This document shows, in pieces, positions 17,887-26,988 of a stretch of 64,000 nt of DNA; positions within the stretch are counted from its first letter, which is position 1; the number at the start of each line of letters is the position of its first letter. The DNA is taken from positions 7,010-71,009 of the forward strand of contig JACZYD010000002.1 of assembly GCA_022571255.1 (NCBI GenBank), read 5' to 3'. The stretch is from Bacteroidota bacterium. GTDB lineage: Bacteria; Bacteroidota; Rhodothermia; Rhodothermales; UBA10348. A model generated the notes under the pieces. The model saw only the letters and a program-made list of their open reading frames with translations, made no database searches and was not told the DNA's origin. The position numbers were made by a program, and so were the translations under genes.

Positions 17887-19662
17887 ATGAGATTCCGAAC
17901 AAGGCTTTTGATCACGCTGACCGGAACGGTCGTCCTTCCCGTTGCTCTGTTATCATGGTTTGTGCTGGACAATATGACCCTCCGTCTTCAGACAGAGCAC
18001 GGAAACCGTGTGGATGCCATGGTTTTGTCTGTCCAACAGCGTTTTCAGGATTATACTTCCAGAATCAACGATCGGCTGGAAAGTCTGGGCGCATTGATGC
18101 GCGACGATAATCGACTCAGATCCTCTTTAGCGAGTTATGATGGAAGCGTTCATTCGATCGACTCGTATCTCATTGATTTTGGTGAACGCCAAGCTCAACT
18201 GGCTGGACTGACATATTTTCAGGTCCAGGACAAAGATGGGGTGATTCTCACGTCTGGTCACTTTCGCAGTGAATATGGTCGACGGGAAAAACACCACCGT
18301 TCTGTCCGGAAAACAATAACCGGAAACCCGTATAAACCCGGTATTTTGAACGGCAGGACACCGGAACGAGCCGTTCTCGCTCTAACCAGATCCGACTCTG
18401 TTTTCATCGCCGGTGAGCCCTATTACCTGCTTGCCGGCTTTATCCTGGATCCGGCATTCTTACGCGAGCTGAACCCTGCCGCGAACTTCTTTGTGTGTCT
18501 GGAGGATTCTTCCAATAAAGCACTTGTGCTATTCGTTGATCTGGCCCTTTGCAACGCGTCACAAACCGAGATACGAGACCCCGGCACGACCTCAATCATA
18601 GAAGTGTCATTTGCGGATAATTCAGACGGGAGCACGGCTGAGTTACGATTCCGTCTCGTGTATTCGATGGCAGATCTTGAGCTGCTCCTTTCGGATCTCG
18701 ATCGGTGGTTCCTGGGAATTCTTGGCATTATCCTGACACTGGGGCTCATTTCTATTGTCTGGGCTTCGGGCAAGATCAGTGAACCGCTCTCTGAATTACT
18801 CTATAAAACAACCCGGATCAATCTGAACCGACTCAACATAAGCTTCAAAACGCGACGAAAGGACGAAGTCGGGGACCTTTCCCGTGTTCTGGATGAGTTG
18901 ATACGTCGCTTGATACGGGATGCCGCTTCGCTCAGAATAGCCGAGCGACGACTTGCGATCGGCGAACTCGCCCGGCAGGTTAACCATGATATCAAGAATG
19001 CCCTGGCTCCCATTCGAAATATCGTCCGTCACTACGCCTCGCTTGCACATACCGATGCGGACGAACTCGCAGAGATAGTCCGGGATCGTGAAGCCAGTCT
19101 CGATGCGAGTATTACCTACCTGGAGCAGTTGGCCGGCAACTACGCCAAGCTTTCTCCGAAACTCAGGCTTTCCTCACTGGACCTGGATCAGTTGATCACC
19201 CGTATTGTGCAAGAGTATTCCAACGCTCGCGGCGTGAAGATTGCTTTGCGCCTCACTGCCTCATGCTCAGTGGACGCAGACCCGATTGCATTTCGTCGTA
19301 TTCTCGAAAATATCCTCGACAACGCATTCGACAGCCTGAAAGGCGGTATCGGAACGGTCGGGATAGACACAGAACTGACTGCCGAGAACGATCGTGAAAC
19401 AACGTGGCCGAACGATGAAGGAGAAGATGCCGACAACGAAACGAACGCGCAGATCGTGATCTATGATACAGGAGTCGGAATGAATTCGGAAAAACTTGAA
19501 AACGCATTTAAAGACTTTTATACTACAAAACCCGGCGGAACCGGTCTCGGCCTCAGCATCGTTAGACGTCTCATTATGGACTTGAGCGGATCTGTCCATC
19601 TCGATAGTTCGCCCGGGAAAGGAACGCGTGTCACCATAACCGTTCCAGCTCGGCGACGGTAA
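17887..19662 (+). CDS. sensor histidine kinase (large periplasmic domain, TM, HAMP, HisKA, HATPase)
   Basis: TM segments near residues 10-27 and WFLGILGIILTLGLISIVWA. H-box ELARQVNHDIKNALAPI, N-box ILDNAFDS, G1 DTGVGM and G2 GGTGLGLSIV. Confidence 0.9.
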   Translation: MRFRTRLLITLTGTVVLPVALLSWFVLDNMTLRLQTEHGNRVDAMVLSVQQRFQDYTSRINDRLESLGALMRDDNRLRSSLASYDGSVHSIDSYLIDFGERQAQLAGLTYFQVQDKDGVILTSGHFRSEYGRREKHHRSVRKTITGNPYKPGILNGRTPERAVLALTRSDSVFIAGEPYYLLAGFILDPAFLRELNPAANFFVCLEDSSNKALVLFVDLALCNASQTEIRDPGTTSIIEVSFADNSDGSTAELRFRLVYSMADLELLLSDLDRWFLGILGIILTLGLISIVWASGKISEPLSELLYKTTRINLNRLNISFKTRRKDEVGDLSRVLDELIRRLIRDAASLRIAERRLAIGELARQVNHDIKNALAPIRNIVRHYASLAHTDADELAEIVRDREASLDASITYLEQLAGNYAKLSPKLRLSSLDLDQLITRIVQEYSNARGVKIALRLTASCSVDADPIAFRRILENILDNAFDSLKGGIGTVGIDTELTAENDRETTWPNDEGEDADNETNAQIVIYDTGVGMNSEKLENAFKDFYTTKPGGTGLGLSIVRRLIMDLSGSVHLDSSPGKGTRVTITVPARRR

Positions 19663-19679
19663 AACAATGAGACCCTTCT

Positions 19680-21065
19680 ATGCTTATGCCGACTGTACTT
19701 GTAGTTGATGACAATAAAGCACTTGCAGAGCAGTACGCTTATGATTTGCAAAGAACAGCGGATTATGAAGTTCGGCTGGCTGAATCCGGGGCAAAAGCAC
19801 TGGATATTCTGACCGGTGAATCCATTGATTGCGTGATCCTCGATCTTGAAATGCCAGATCTGGATGGGTTCGACGTTTTACGCAGGATGAAGAAGGAATG
19901 TATCACCATACCGGTCATCGTATATACCGGTACGGGCAATTATGACCGCTGCGTTCAAGCAGTCCGCCTTGGTGCCTTTGGCTTTATTGATAAAGCCGAA
20001 CCTATGGAAAGTGTAATCCACGAAATCGGGAAAGCGTTACGAACACATTTTCTCGAGGATGAAGTGGCTGCTCTCCGCAGGGAAGTCGACTCGGGAAATG
20101 AAATGGTCGGGTCAAGCCCGGCCATGGGCTCGTTGAATGAAAGTATCGCGCGGATCGCGCCCATACCCAGCCCCGTACTGATTTACGGTGAAAGCGGTAC
20201 CGGAAAGGAACTTGTTGCACGCGAGATCCACCGCCTGTCCGGGCGCGGAGATCGGAACAGATTTATTGCACTGAATTGCGCAGCCATTCCGGAAAATCTT
20301 CTTGAAAGCGAACTTTTCGGGCATGAACGAGGTGCGTTTACAGGTGCGAATCGATCTCACCGCGGTGCGTTTCAACGCGCGGCAAAGGGAACGCTCTTTC
20401 TTGACGAAATTGGTGATCTTCCCGTTCAGGCCCAAGCCAAACTTCTCCGAGTTCTGGAGGAGGAGGAATTCATACGAGTAGGCGGAGAACGGCCGATCAA
20501 AATGAGCGCCCGAATCATCGCTGCCACAAATCGTGATCTTGAGACTGCTTCGGATGATGGCGCATTTCGACAGGATTTGCTGTTTCGATTGAACGTGCAT
20601 GTAATCACTGTTCCGCCACTGCGGAATCGAGCGTCTGATATACCGGTGCTGGTAGACCGGTTTCTTGAAACCACCTGCAAACGATTCAGAATACGCAAGA
20701 AACGTATCTCACCGGAAGCGCTTCGGTGTCTTACAGTGATGAAGTGGAAAAAAAACAATGTTCGAGAACTGCGAAATATTGTCGAGCGATCCATTATTGC
20801 CTCTCGGACAGATCTGATCGACCTCGATGATTTGCCTGGTGATATCAGAATGGATGTCGACCGCAAGAGAATCGGCCTTTCGGTTGGCGCTGCACATTCT
20901 TTTAAGAACCGGCGAACCGAGGCCGAACGCCAGATCATAGTGCTCGCACTCGAAGAAAACGACTGGCAGATCAGCAAAACTGCGGACGCGCTCGAACTGG
21001 CTGATCATGCCAGTTTACTCAAAATCATGCGCCGACTCGATATCCACCGCGAGAGACAGCGATAA
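19680..21065 (+). CDS. sigma-54-dependent response regulator (NtrC family: REC, AAA+, Fis-type HTH)
   Basis: REC VILDLEMPDLDG, Walker A GESGTGKE, the GAFTGA loop in ESELFGHERGAFTGA, and a C-terminal HTH (QISKTADALELADHASLLKIMRRL). Confidence 0.92.
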   Translation: MLMPTVLVVDDNKALAEQYAYDLQRTADYEVRLAESGAKALDILTGESIDCVILDLEMPDLDGFDVLRRMKKECITIPVIVYTGTGNYDRCVQAVRLGAFGFIDKAEPMESVIHEIGKALRTHFLEDEVAALRREVDSGNEMVGSSPAMGSLNESIARIAPIPSPVLIYGESGTGKELVAREIHRLSGRGDRNRFIALNCAAIPENLLESELFGHERGAFTGANRSHRGAFQRAAKGTLFLDEIGDLPVQAQAKLLRVLEEEEFIRVGGERPIKMSARIIAATNRDLETASDDGAFRQDLLFRLNVHVITVPPLRNRASDIPVLVDRFLETTCKRFRIRKKRISPEALRCLTVMKWKKNNVRELRNIVERSIIASRTDLIDLDDLPGDIRMDVDRKRIGLSVGAAHSFKNRRTEAERQIIVLALEENDWQISKTADALELADHASLLKIMRRLDIHRERQR

Positions 21066-21089
21066 CACCGCAAGAGACAGCGATAACAC
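21045..21089. repeat. 21-bp tandem duplication covering the last codons and stop of the response regulator gene
   Basis: caccgcgagagacagcgataa (21045-21065, ending in the gene's TAA) is followed by caccgcaagagacagcgataa (21066-21086) and then cac. Confidence 0.85.
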
Positions 21090-21100
21090 TTTGCTGAGAC

Positions 21101-21149
21101 TGTGTCCCTCCAGACACAATTGATCCGGCTTTATCGTGTCCGCATGGAC
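21101..21149. promoter_or_regulatory. candidate enhancer (UAS) palindromes for the sigma-54 activator
   Basis: TGTGTC-cctcca-GACACA at 21101-21118 and GTCC-gcat-GGAC at 21138-21149. The GTGTCC half-site recurs 34 bp apart. The sites sit 100-150 bp upstream of the -24/-12 promoter. Confidence 0.35.
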
Positions 21150-21168
21150 TCATTCCATCAGGTCATGG

Positions 21169-21198
21169 CCTGAAAACCGTTTCAGGATATATTTATTT
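21169..21198 (+). terminator. possible weak intrinsic terminator after the response regulator gene
   Basis: CCTGAAA-accg-TTTCAGG hairpin (7-bp stem) followed by the T-rich atatatttattt. Confidence 0.3.
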
Positions 21199-21249
21199 AC
21201 CATTGCAGTCCATGCTATTATAATATATTTGTGCCACAAGGCCCATTTC

Positions 21250-21265
21250 TGGCAGAGCACTTGCA
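21250..21265 (+). promoter_or_regulatory. sigma-54 (-24/-12) promoter
   Basis: TGGCAG-agcac-TTGCA has exactly the spacing of consensus TGGCAC-N5-TTGCW. It lies 67 nt upstream of the ATG at 21332, which has a strong SD (aaggagg at 21319-21325). Confidence 0.7.
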
Positions 21266-21331
21266 TTCCCTCCACGTGAGATCAAGATCACCATTGGTCC
21301 AGCGCAACCAAAACAAACAAGGAGGAATATC

Positions 21332-22477
21332 ATGTTTTTAAATCTCAACCTGAGGACACAGTACCTCTCTCTTATGTCCTGTGCAGCAGGACTCGCCCTG
21401 ATTTTTCTGGCAGCCAGCGGATGCGATGGAAACGGAGCGTCAGACCTTAAAATTAATGCATCACGGAGCCCGGGTACGCTCCAGTCCAGCACGTCGCAAA
21501 ACACATCCGTAAGCGTGAATTCGTGGGCGGCTGCCGAACACGCGGCCGGAGAATACTCGCCTGAAGACACACGTGCGGAGCTATCCGAGATCAACCAGGA
21601 GACAAGTATCCGCACTCTCGAAGAACCACGCGAAGTCACGTTTGCGGAAGCTGAAACCGCGTTTCAAGAACGCCGATATGATGAAGGAATCAGGCTCTTC
21701 GCTGCCTACACGGAGCAACACAATACCAATCCATGGGGGTTCTTCATGCTGGGGCTTTCTGCGATGAAATCAGGAGATGCTGAACTCGCAGAAACGTCGT
21801 TTATCCGTGCACTCGAACTGGACTCCACACACGTAAAAAGCTGGTTGAATCTCGGGCGGACGCTGCTCGATATGTACCGCGGTGAAGAGGCTCTGCTCGC
21901 CGTCGAACATGCCTTCGAGCTTGATCCCGAAAGCAACGAAGCGTACCGGATCAAAGGACGGTCTCTTCATGCGATGGGACGTTTGGAGGATGCTGCTGAT
22001 GCCTATCGGGATGCGCTGCGTTTAGACGATACGGACGTCTGGGCCATGAATAATCTCGCATTGATTCTGATCGAACAGGAACGATACGAACTGGCCTTGC
22101 CGTCTCTCGCGCGAGCCACACAGCTTCGAACCGACATCGCAGTGATCTATAACAATCTCGGAATGGCACTGGAGCGTACCTATCGATTTCGCGCCGCGGA
22201 AAAAGCATATGAGTCTGCGGTCTCCTTGGACGCCGAGCACAGCCGCGCCGCGGCTAACCTGGCACGCGTTAAAGTTGTTAAACAGGATTCAGCGATCGAG
22301 GCGGTCGATTTCGGTTACCTGGCGCAGAATTTTGTCGAAGAGATCGCGAGTTGGAGCGATGAAGCAATCGCGAGAGAAACACCGTTGATACAGCCGGTCG
22401 CAGAGCCGGATCCCACGGCAGCACCGAAGGAGCACGAAGAACACGAGGAGCACGAGGGGCATAGCGGTAACCAATAA
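21332..22477 (+). CDS. TPR-repeat lipoprotein with a His/Glu-rich tail
   Basis: Lipobox LAASGCDG. Several TPR units follow (e.g. AEKAYESAVSLDAEHSRAAANLARV). The C-terminus reads EHEEHEEHEGH. Confidence 0.8.
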   Translation: MFLNLNLRTQYLSLMSCAAGLALIFLAASGCDGNGASDLKINASRSPGTLQSSTSQNTSVSVNSWAAAEHAAGEYSPEDTRAELSEINQETSIRTLEEPREVTFAEAETAFQERRYDEGIRLFAAYTEQHNTNPWGFFMLGLSAMKSGDAELAETSFIRALELDSTHVKSWLNLGRTLLDMYRGEEALLAVEHAFELDPESNEAYRIKGRSLHAMGRLEDAADAYRDALRLDDTDVWAMNNLALILIEQERYELALPSLARATQLRTDIAVIYNNLGMALERTYRFRAAEKAYESAVSLDAEHSRAAANLARVKVVKQDSAIEAVDFGYLAQNFVEEIASWSDEAIARETPLIQPVAEPDPTAAPKEHEEHEEHEGHSGNQ

Positions 22478-22516
22478 CCAATAGACCGGCAGTGGTTCTT
22501 ACGCTCCGTTATAACG

Positions 22517-22570
22517 CACGCGCATGGCGCTCCGTCGGTTCTTCGCCAGGACGGAGCGCCACATGCGCGT
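22517..22570. other. long imperfect hairpin (about 19-bp stem) with no T-tract
   Basis: acgcgcatggcgctccgtc - loop ggttcttcgccag - gacggagcgccacatgcgcgt. The core stem ggcgctccgtc/gacggagcgcc is perfect. Confidence 0.6.
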
Positions 22571-22639
22571 CAGGCCCACGTTGCAAGGGTGACACACACC
22601 CATGCGGGTCATAATCTGCCGTGTGAGGTATCTTAGGGC

Positions 22640-23011
22640 ATGTCACTCCGAAACCTTGCCTGGAAAGGCCTGATTATTATGGGGGTAAACGAAGGATTCA
22701 AAAAATACGTGATCAATCAACTCAGCCTGGGTATTCCCATAGAGCACAAAGCGATGTTCGGCGGAGTCGGTCTTTACTCAAATGCTCTGTTTTTTGCGTT
22801 GATTGCGAACGCTACCTTGTATTTCAAAGTGGATGATTCCAACAGAGCTGATTTTACAGAAGCCGGAACGGAGCCTTTTCGACCTTATGACGACGAGAGG
22901 GCAATGAATTATTATGAGGTCCCTGCCGATGTACTGGAGGATTCGGATCAGCTGGAACGCTGGAGTAAAAAAGCTCTCGACGTTGCAAGGTCCAAAAAAC
23001 AGAACCGATGA
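22640..23011 (+). CDS. TfoX N-terminal domain protein
   Basis: KAMFGGVGLYSNALFFALIANATLYFKVDD...PFRPYDDERAMNYYEVPADVLED matches the TfoX_N pattern. The start may instead be at 22679. Confidence 0.75.
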   Translation: MSLRNLAWKGLIIMGVNEGFKKYVINQLSLGIPIEHKAMFGGVGLYSNALFFALIANATLYFKVDDSNRADFTEAGTEPFRPYDDERAMNYYEVPADVLEDSDQLERWSKKALDVARSKKQNR

Positions 23012-23026
23012 TAATCCGCCCTTCGC

Positions 23027-23713
23027 ATGAGTTTCAGTGTCGATAAATCACGAGGGCTTTATCCGTATATCGACCGTCTGTTTGAAAGCGCGTTTGTATT
23101 CAACGCCAATCAATTCCTTCTGGATGGAGGAAAAACACGGCAGATCAAACGATTCCTTTCCGGACTTGAGTTTGACTCTATTGTCGACATAGGGTGCGGA
23201 CCGGGCAACTGGGCGAAGATTGCGCGCGGACAATATGTTGGAATAGACACATCACCGTCATTCATCAAGACATGTATAAAACGCTATTCTGGTGATCCCA
23301 GGAAGAGATTTATTCAGGCGGACGCCGCCGGAATAACTCTGGGACAGACGTTCGATCTGGCGATGTTGATCAGTGTCCTGCATCATCTTTCTGACAACGA
23401 AGCAAGTCGGGTCTGCCACTGGGTCGCGTTGAGTACGAAATATTTCTTTGTTCTGGATCTGTATCCGAATCCTCGCAATCCTGTTTCACGGTTTTTATAT
23501 GCGATGGATCGCGGTAACTTCATCCGGGAACCCCGTGAGCAGGAAAGGCTGCTCACGAAGGACAATCTTTTCCGGGTTATCCGAAAAGAAGACTACTATT
23601 GCCCGAACCGATTTCACAGGCATACATTGTATTTGCTTGAGAGCAGATCCTTCCATACTCAGGCCTGTCAATCAGCCGATCAAGACCACAGCCATGTTAT
23701 ACACGTTTTATAG
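23027..23713 (+). CDS. class I SAM-dependent methyltransferase
   Basis: Motif I VDIGCGPGNW, the acidic post-I residue in VGIDTS, and FDLAMLISVLHHL. Confidence 0.75.
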   Translation: MSFSVDKSRGLYPYIDRLFESAFVFNANQFLLDGGKTRQIKRFLSGLEFDSIVDIGCGPGNWAKIARGQYVGIDTSPSFIKTCIKRYSGDPRKRFIQADAAGITLGQTFDLAMLISVLHHLSDNEASRVCHWVALSTKYFFVLDLYPNPRNPVSRFLYAMDRGNFIREPREQERLLTKDNLFRVIRKEDYYCPNRFHRHTLYLLESRSFHTQACQSADQDHSHVIHVL

Positions 23714-25430
23714 CCGTTTTTCTTTATCTATATTTTTTCTGTCGGTAATAATCGACCTCACGGGATGCTCCTCGCAAACCAAGGGACCGGTTGCTGACCT
23801 CGTGCTGACAGGAGGAAAAATAGCAACAATAAACGAATCCATGCCCTATGCGGAAGCCATTGCCATCCGCGCAGACACGATTCTGGCTGTCGGTTCGTCA
23901 AGCGAGATCGCTGATTTCGTGGGACCTCAGACGGAGGTCGTTGAGTTGGCCGGCCGACTGGCGATTCCCGGCTTTATCGAGGGTCACGGACACCTTTTGA
24001 GTCTCGGCCGTGCGCAGATGATTCTGGACCTGACCGCAACAAAGAGTTGGGCGGAGGTGGTCGATATGGTTTCCGACGCGGTCAGAACCGCTGAACCCGG
24101 CGAATGGATTCAGGGTCGAGGCTGGCACCAGGAAAAATGGGATACCGTCCCTGAAGGATCCGTGGATGGCATTCCTACACACCACTCTCTGAGCGCCGTC
24201 TCTCCAGACAATCCGGTTCTGCTGGGCCATGCCAGCGGTCACGGCTCCTTCGCAAATGCGGAGGCATTGCGGCTTTCTGGAATAAGCAGCGAAACACCAG
24301 ACCCGTCGGGCGGCGAAATCCTTCACGATGTCCGTGGAGAACCTACCGGGATGTTACGCGAAACGGCGCAGCGCCTGGTCAGTCGAGCGGTGGCCCGGGC
24401 CAGCGAGGATATGACACAGGAGGCACTCGATGAAAAAGCGGAGACCCAGATACGCTTCGCGATACAGGAAGCACTTGAAAACGGTGTGACGTCTTTTCAT
24501 GATGCGGGATCGTCATTTGAACAGATCGATATGTTCAAACGACTGGTCGACGAGGGACGCCTCCCGATTCGACTTTACGTGATGATTTCCGAATCAAACG
24601 AGGACCTCGAAGAACGGCTTCCTGACTACTTCATGGATGGTTACGGAGATAATCGACTGACCGTACGATCGATCAAGAGAGGTATTGACGGCGCGCTTGG
24701 AACACACGGAGCCTGGCTTCTGGAGCCCTACGAAGATCTGGCTTCGAGTTCCGGCCTGAATACTGCGTCCCTGGAGAGTGTACGAGAAACGGCTCGAATT
24801 GCTGCCAAGTACGGGTTTCAACTCAATGTGCACGCCATTGGAGACAGAGCAAATCGCGAAATCCTGAATATTTTTGAGGAGGCTTACGCAAACTTTCAAG
24901 GTCTTGACGCACCGCGATGGAGAATCGAACACGCGCAGCATGTGGATCCTGAGGACCTTCCGAGATTCGCAAAGCTCGGCGTCATTGCATCAATGCAGGG
25001 CATCCATTGCACGTCCGACGCACTCTGGGTGTACCGCCGACTCGGCAAAGAACGCGCCCGTGCGGGTGCATACAAATGGCAGACGTTGTGGCAATCGGGA
25101 GCCGTAGTGACGAACGGTACGGATGTTCCGGTTGAAAACATTGATCCCATTGCGAGCTATTACGCGACCGTGTCGCGAAAACTTGCCGACGGATCCGTCT
25201 TTTTTTCCGATGAACGGCTCTCGAGAGAACACGCATTGAAATCGTACACGCTCAACAATGCTTACGCCGCGTTTGAGGAAAATGTTAAAGGATCCCTTGA
25301 AACAGGGAAACTGGCAGACATCACGGTCCTGTCCAAAGACATCCTGACCATCGATGAAGACTCGATTCCTGAAACGCGAGTGGACATGACCATTGTCGGA
25401 GGAAAAATCATGTTCGAAAGGTCTATCTAA
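23694..25430 (+). CDS. amidohydrolase-3 family metal-dependent hydrolase, lipoprotein
   Basis: The ATG at 23694 gives MLYTFYSRFSLSIFFLSVIIDLTGCSS (lipobox). The HxH motif is in GFIEGHGHLLSLG and HAIGDRAN follows. The 23448 start in the track runs through the methyltransferase gene. Confidence 0.85.
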   Translation: MLYTFYSRFSLSIFFLSVIIDLTGCSSQTKGPVADLVLTGGKIATINESMPYAEAIAIRADTILAVGSSSEIADFVGPQTEVVELAGRLAIPGFIEGHGHLLSLGRAQMILDLTATKSWAEVVDMVSDAVRTAEPGEWIQGRGWHQEKWDTVPEGSVDGIPTHHSLSAVSPDNPVLLGHASGHGSFANAEALRLSGISSETPDPSGGEILHDVRGEPTGMLRETAQRLVSRAVARASEDMTQEALDEKAETQIRFAIQEALENGVTSFHDAGSSFEQIDMFKRLVDEGRLPIRLYVMISESNEDLEERLPDYFMDGYGDNRLTVRSIKRGIDGALGTHGAWLLEPYEDLASSSGLNTASLESVRETARIAAKYGFQLNVHAIGDRANREILNIFEEAYANFQGLDAPRWRIEHAQHVDPEDLPRFAKLGVIASMQGIHCTSDALWVYRRLGKERARAGAYKWQTLWQSGAVVTNGTDVPVENIDPIASYYATVSRKLADGSVFFSDERLSREHALKSYTLNNAYAAFEENVKGSLETGKLADITVLSKDILTIDEDSIPETRVDMTIVGGKIMFERSI

Positions 25431-25448
25431 TGGTCTGCAAACAGTTAA

Positions 25449-26867
25449 TCAGTTCTCCGTCCAGGGAAGAATCCACTTGGCAGCAGCGATCGTACGTTTT
25501 TCGCCCGCCAGATTGACCGCCGGATCAATAAGTAACGAAGAACGCCTTCCGTTCATGGATACAAGAATGCGAGCATGGACTCGTGGGTTGTCCATTCCCT
25601 TTTCTCTGGCATCCTCCGCTACGCGCCATGCGAATTGGCGCACGAGTTCCGGATTTCGGAGCATGATTCTGCTCTGCCAGGGTTCCATGTACTGATCTAA
25701 ACTGACGGGGATATTCTCACCCGTTTCCGGATCATGGATCAATATGATTGCATCGGTCACCACCTTATCACGAAGCATCATTCTCCACGAGAAAAAGTGC
25801 CCCTCATCCGTCCATCCTGGATCCCCCGGATAGAGATAGGCTCTCGTCGGAAGCAAAAGATGGACTACGACGAAGAGCGAAATACCCACCACGATTCGTG
25901 TTCTTTTTCTGCCCGATATGTTCCCAGGATGCGAGGCAAGGTGTCCATGTGGAGTGCTTGCATCAATAACACCCTTGTAAGTCATCTTTACCCTCCCGCG
26001 AATCCAGCCGGCGAACTGGTCAATTTTCCACGCTGCCCGACGCGGCCAGTCGGGTTCAAAGAATATCAGCGTGGCGAGCAGCATCACCCACGGAAACGGA
26101 CCTATTTTGAAAAGGAATGCATTCGTCAGATTAAAAAAGACCACGGCGGCAAACGCAAATGGCCTCGACTTACGCCAGAGAAGAGCCGGGACAACAAAGA
26201 GATCAAAAAGCAAGCCACCGTATACAAAAAAGTAAACCAGCCATTCTTCATCCACATACGGACCAATAATGGCAAAATCACTGCGTCTGGCCATCCAGAT
26301 TCGGAGCGGTTCTCCGTGTATCCAGTCAAAGTTCAACTTTGCGATACCGCCAAAAAAATAAACAAGACCTATCTGAAATCGAACGATCCACAACGTCCAG
26401 GTGGCGATCTCCGCTGACCTGGCGCAACGGCCATGATGAACGTCAAGAGATGCCGCGCGATCAAGGGGCAGGAAAACGAACAAAAAACCTATCAAACAGA
26501 AAAAATACAAGTGATTCTGGTAGGCTGCCTGCTCGATCAGAAAGATGTAGGAGTAACTCAGAAAAAAGAAAAATGCAGCGAAACGGTACCACAAACCGAT
26601 TGCAATGAAACCCGCACAGATGGCCGTAAATGCGAAGTGGACATACATCAGAATCGGTGACCAGGCAGGAAGCCACTCAAATCCAAAATAACTGAAATGA
26701 AAGGCTGGCCCCGCCCACACGTGTTGCAGGTTACCGGTAAAATATTCGTACGCGATTTCAACGATCATCATCACGCCGAATGCGACGCGAAATAACACCA
26801 GCGACGCATTGTCTATGGGCCTGAAAAGGCGTTCGAGCAGGTGGAACTCTCGATCGGCGCGCGACAT
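25449..26867 (-). CDS. HTTM domain protein, homolog of vitamin K-dependent gamma-carboxylase
   Basis: The HTTM N-terminus reads LFRPIDNASLVLFRVAFGVMMIVEIAYEY...FHFSYFGFEW. Multiple TM helices follow, and the C-terminal part carries GHFFSWRMMLRDK, which resembles the carboxylase lumenal region. Confidence 0.8.
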   Translation of the reverse strand: MSRADREFHLLERLFRPIDNASLVLFRVAFGVMMIVEIAYEYFTGNLQHVWAGPAFHFSYFGFEWLPAWSPILMYVHFAFTAICAGFIAIGLWYRFAAFFFFLSYSYIFLIEQAAYQNHLYFFCLIGFLFVFLPLDRAASLDVHHGRCARSAEIATWTLWIVRFQIGLVYFFGGIAKLNFDWIHGEPLRIWMARRSDFAIIGPYVDEEWLVYFFVYGGLLFDLFVVPALLWRKSRPFAFAAVVFFNLTNAFLFKIGPFPWVMLLATLIFFEPDWPRRAAWKIDQFAGWIRGRVKMTYKGVIDASTPHGHLASHPGNISGRKRTRIVVGISLFVVVHLLLPTRAYLYPGDPGWTDEGHFFSWRMMLRDKVVTDAIILIHDPETGENIPVSLDQYMEPWQSRIMLRNPELVRQFAWRVAEDAREKGMDNPRVHARILVSMNGRRSSLLIDPAVNLAGEKRTIAAAKWILPWTEN

Positions 26868-26988
26868 GGAGATTCTTTGATTAACCCGGAGTTATCCAGG
26901 ACAAGCCATGGCCTGTTTCCAGACATAAGAGTATGAATAATTCCACTCGCAATAAATGTCTGTTAACAGACTTTAAATCGATCCGGAA

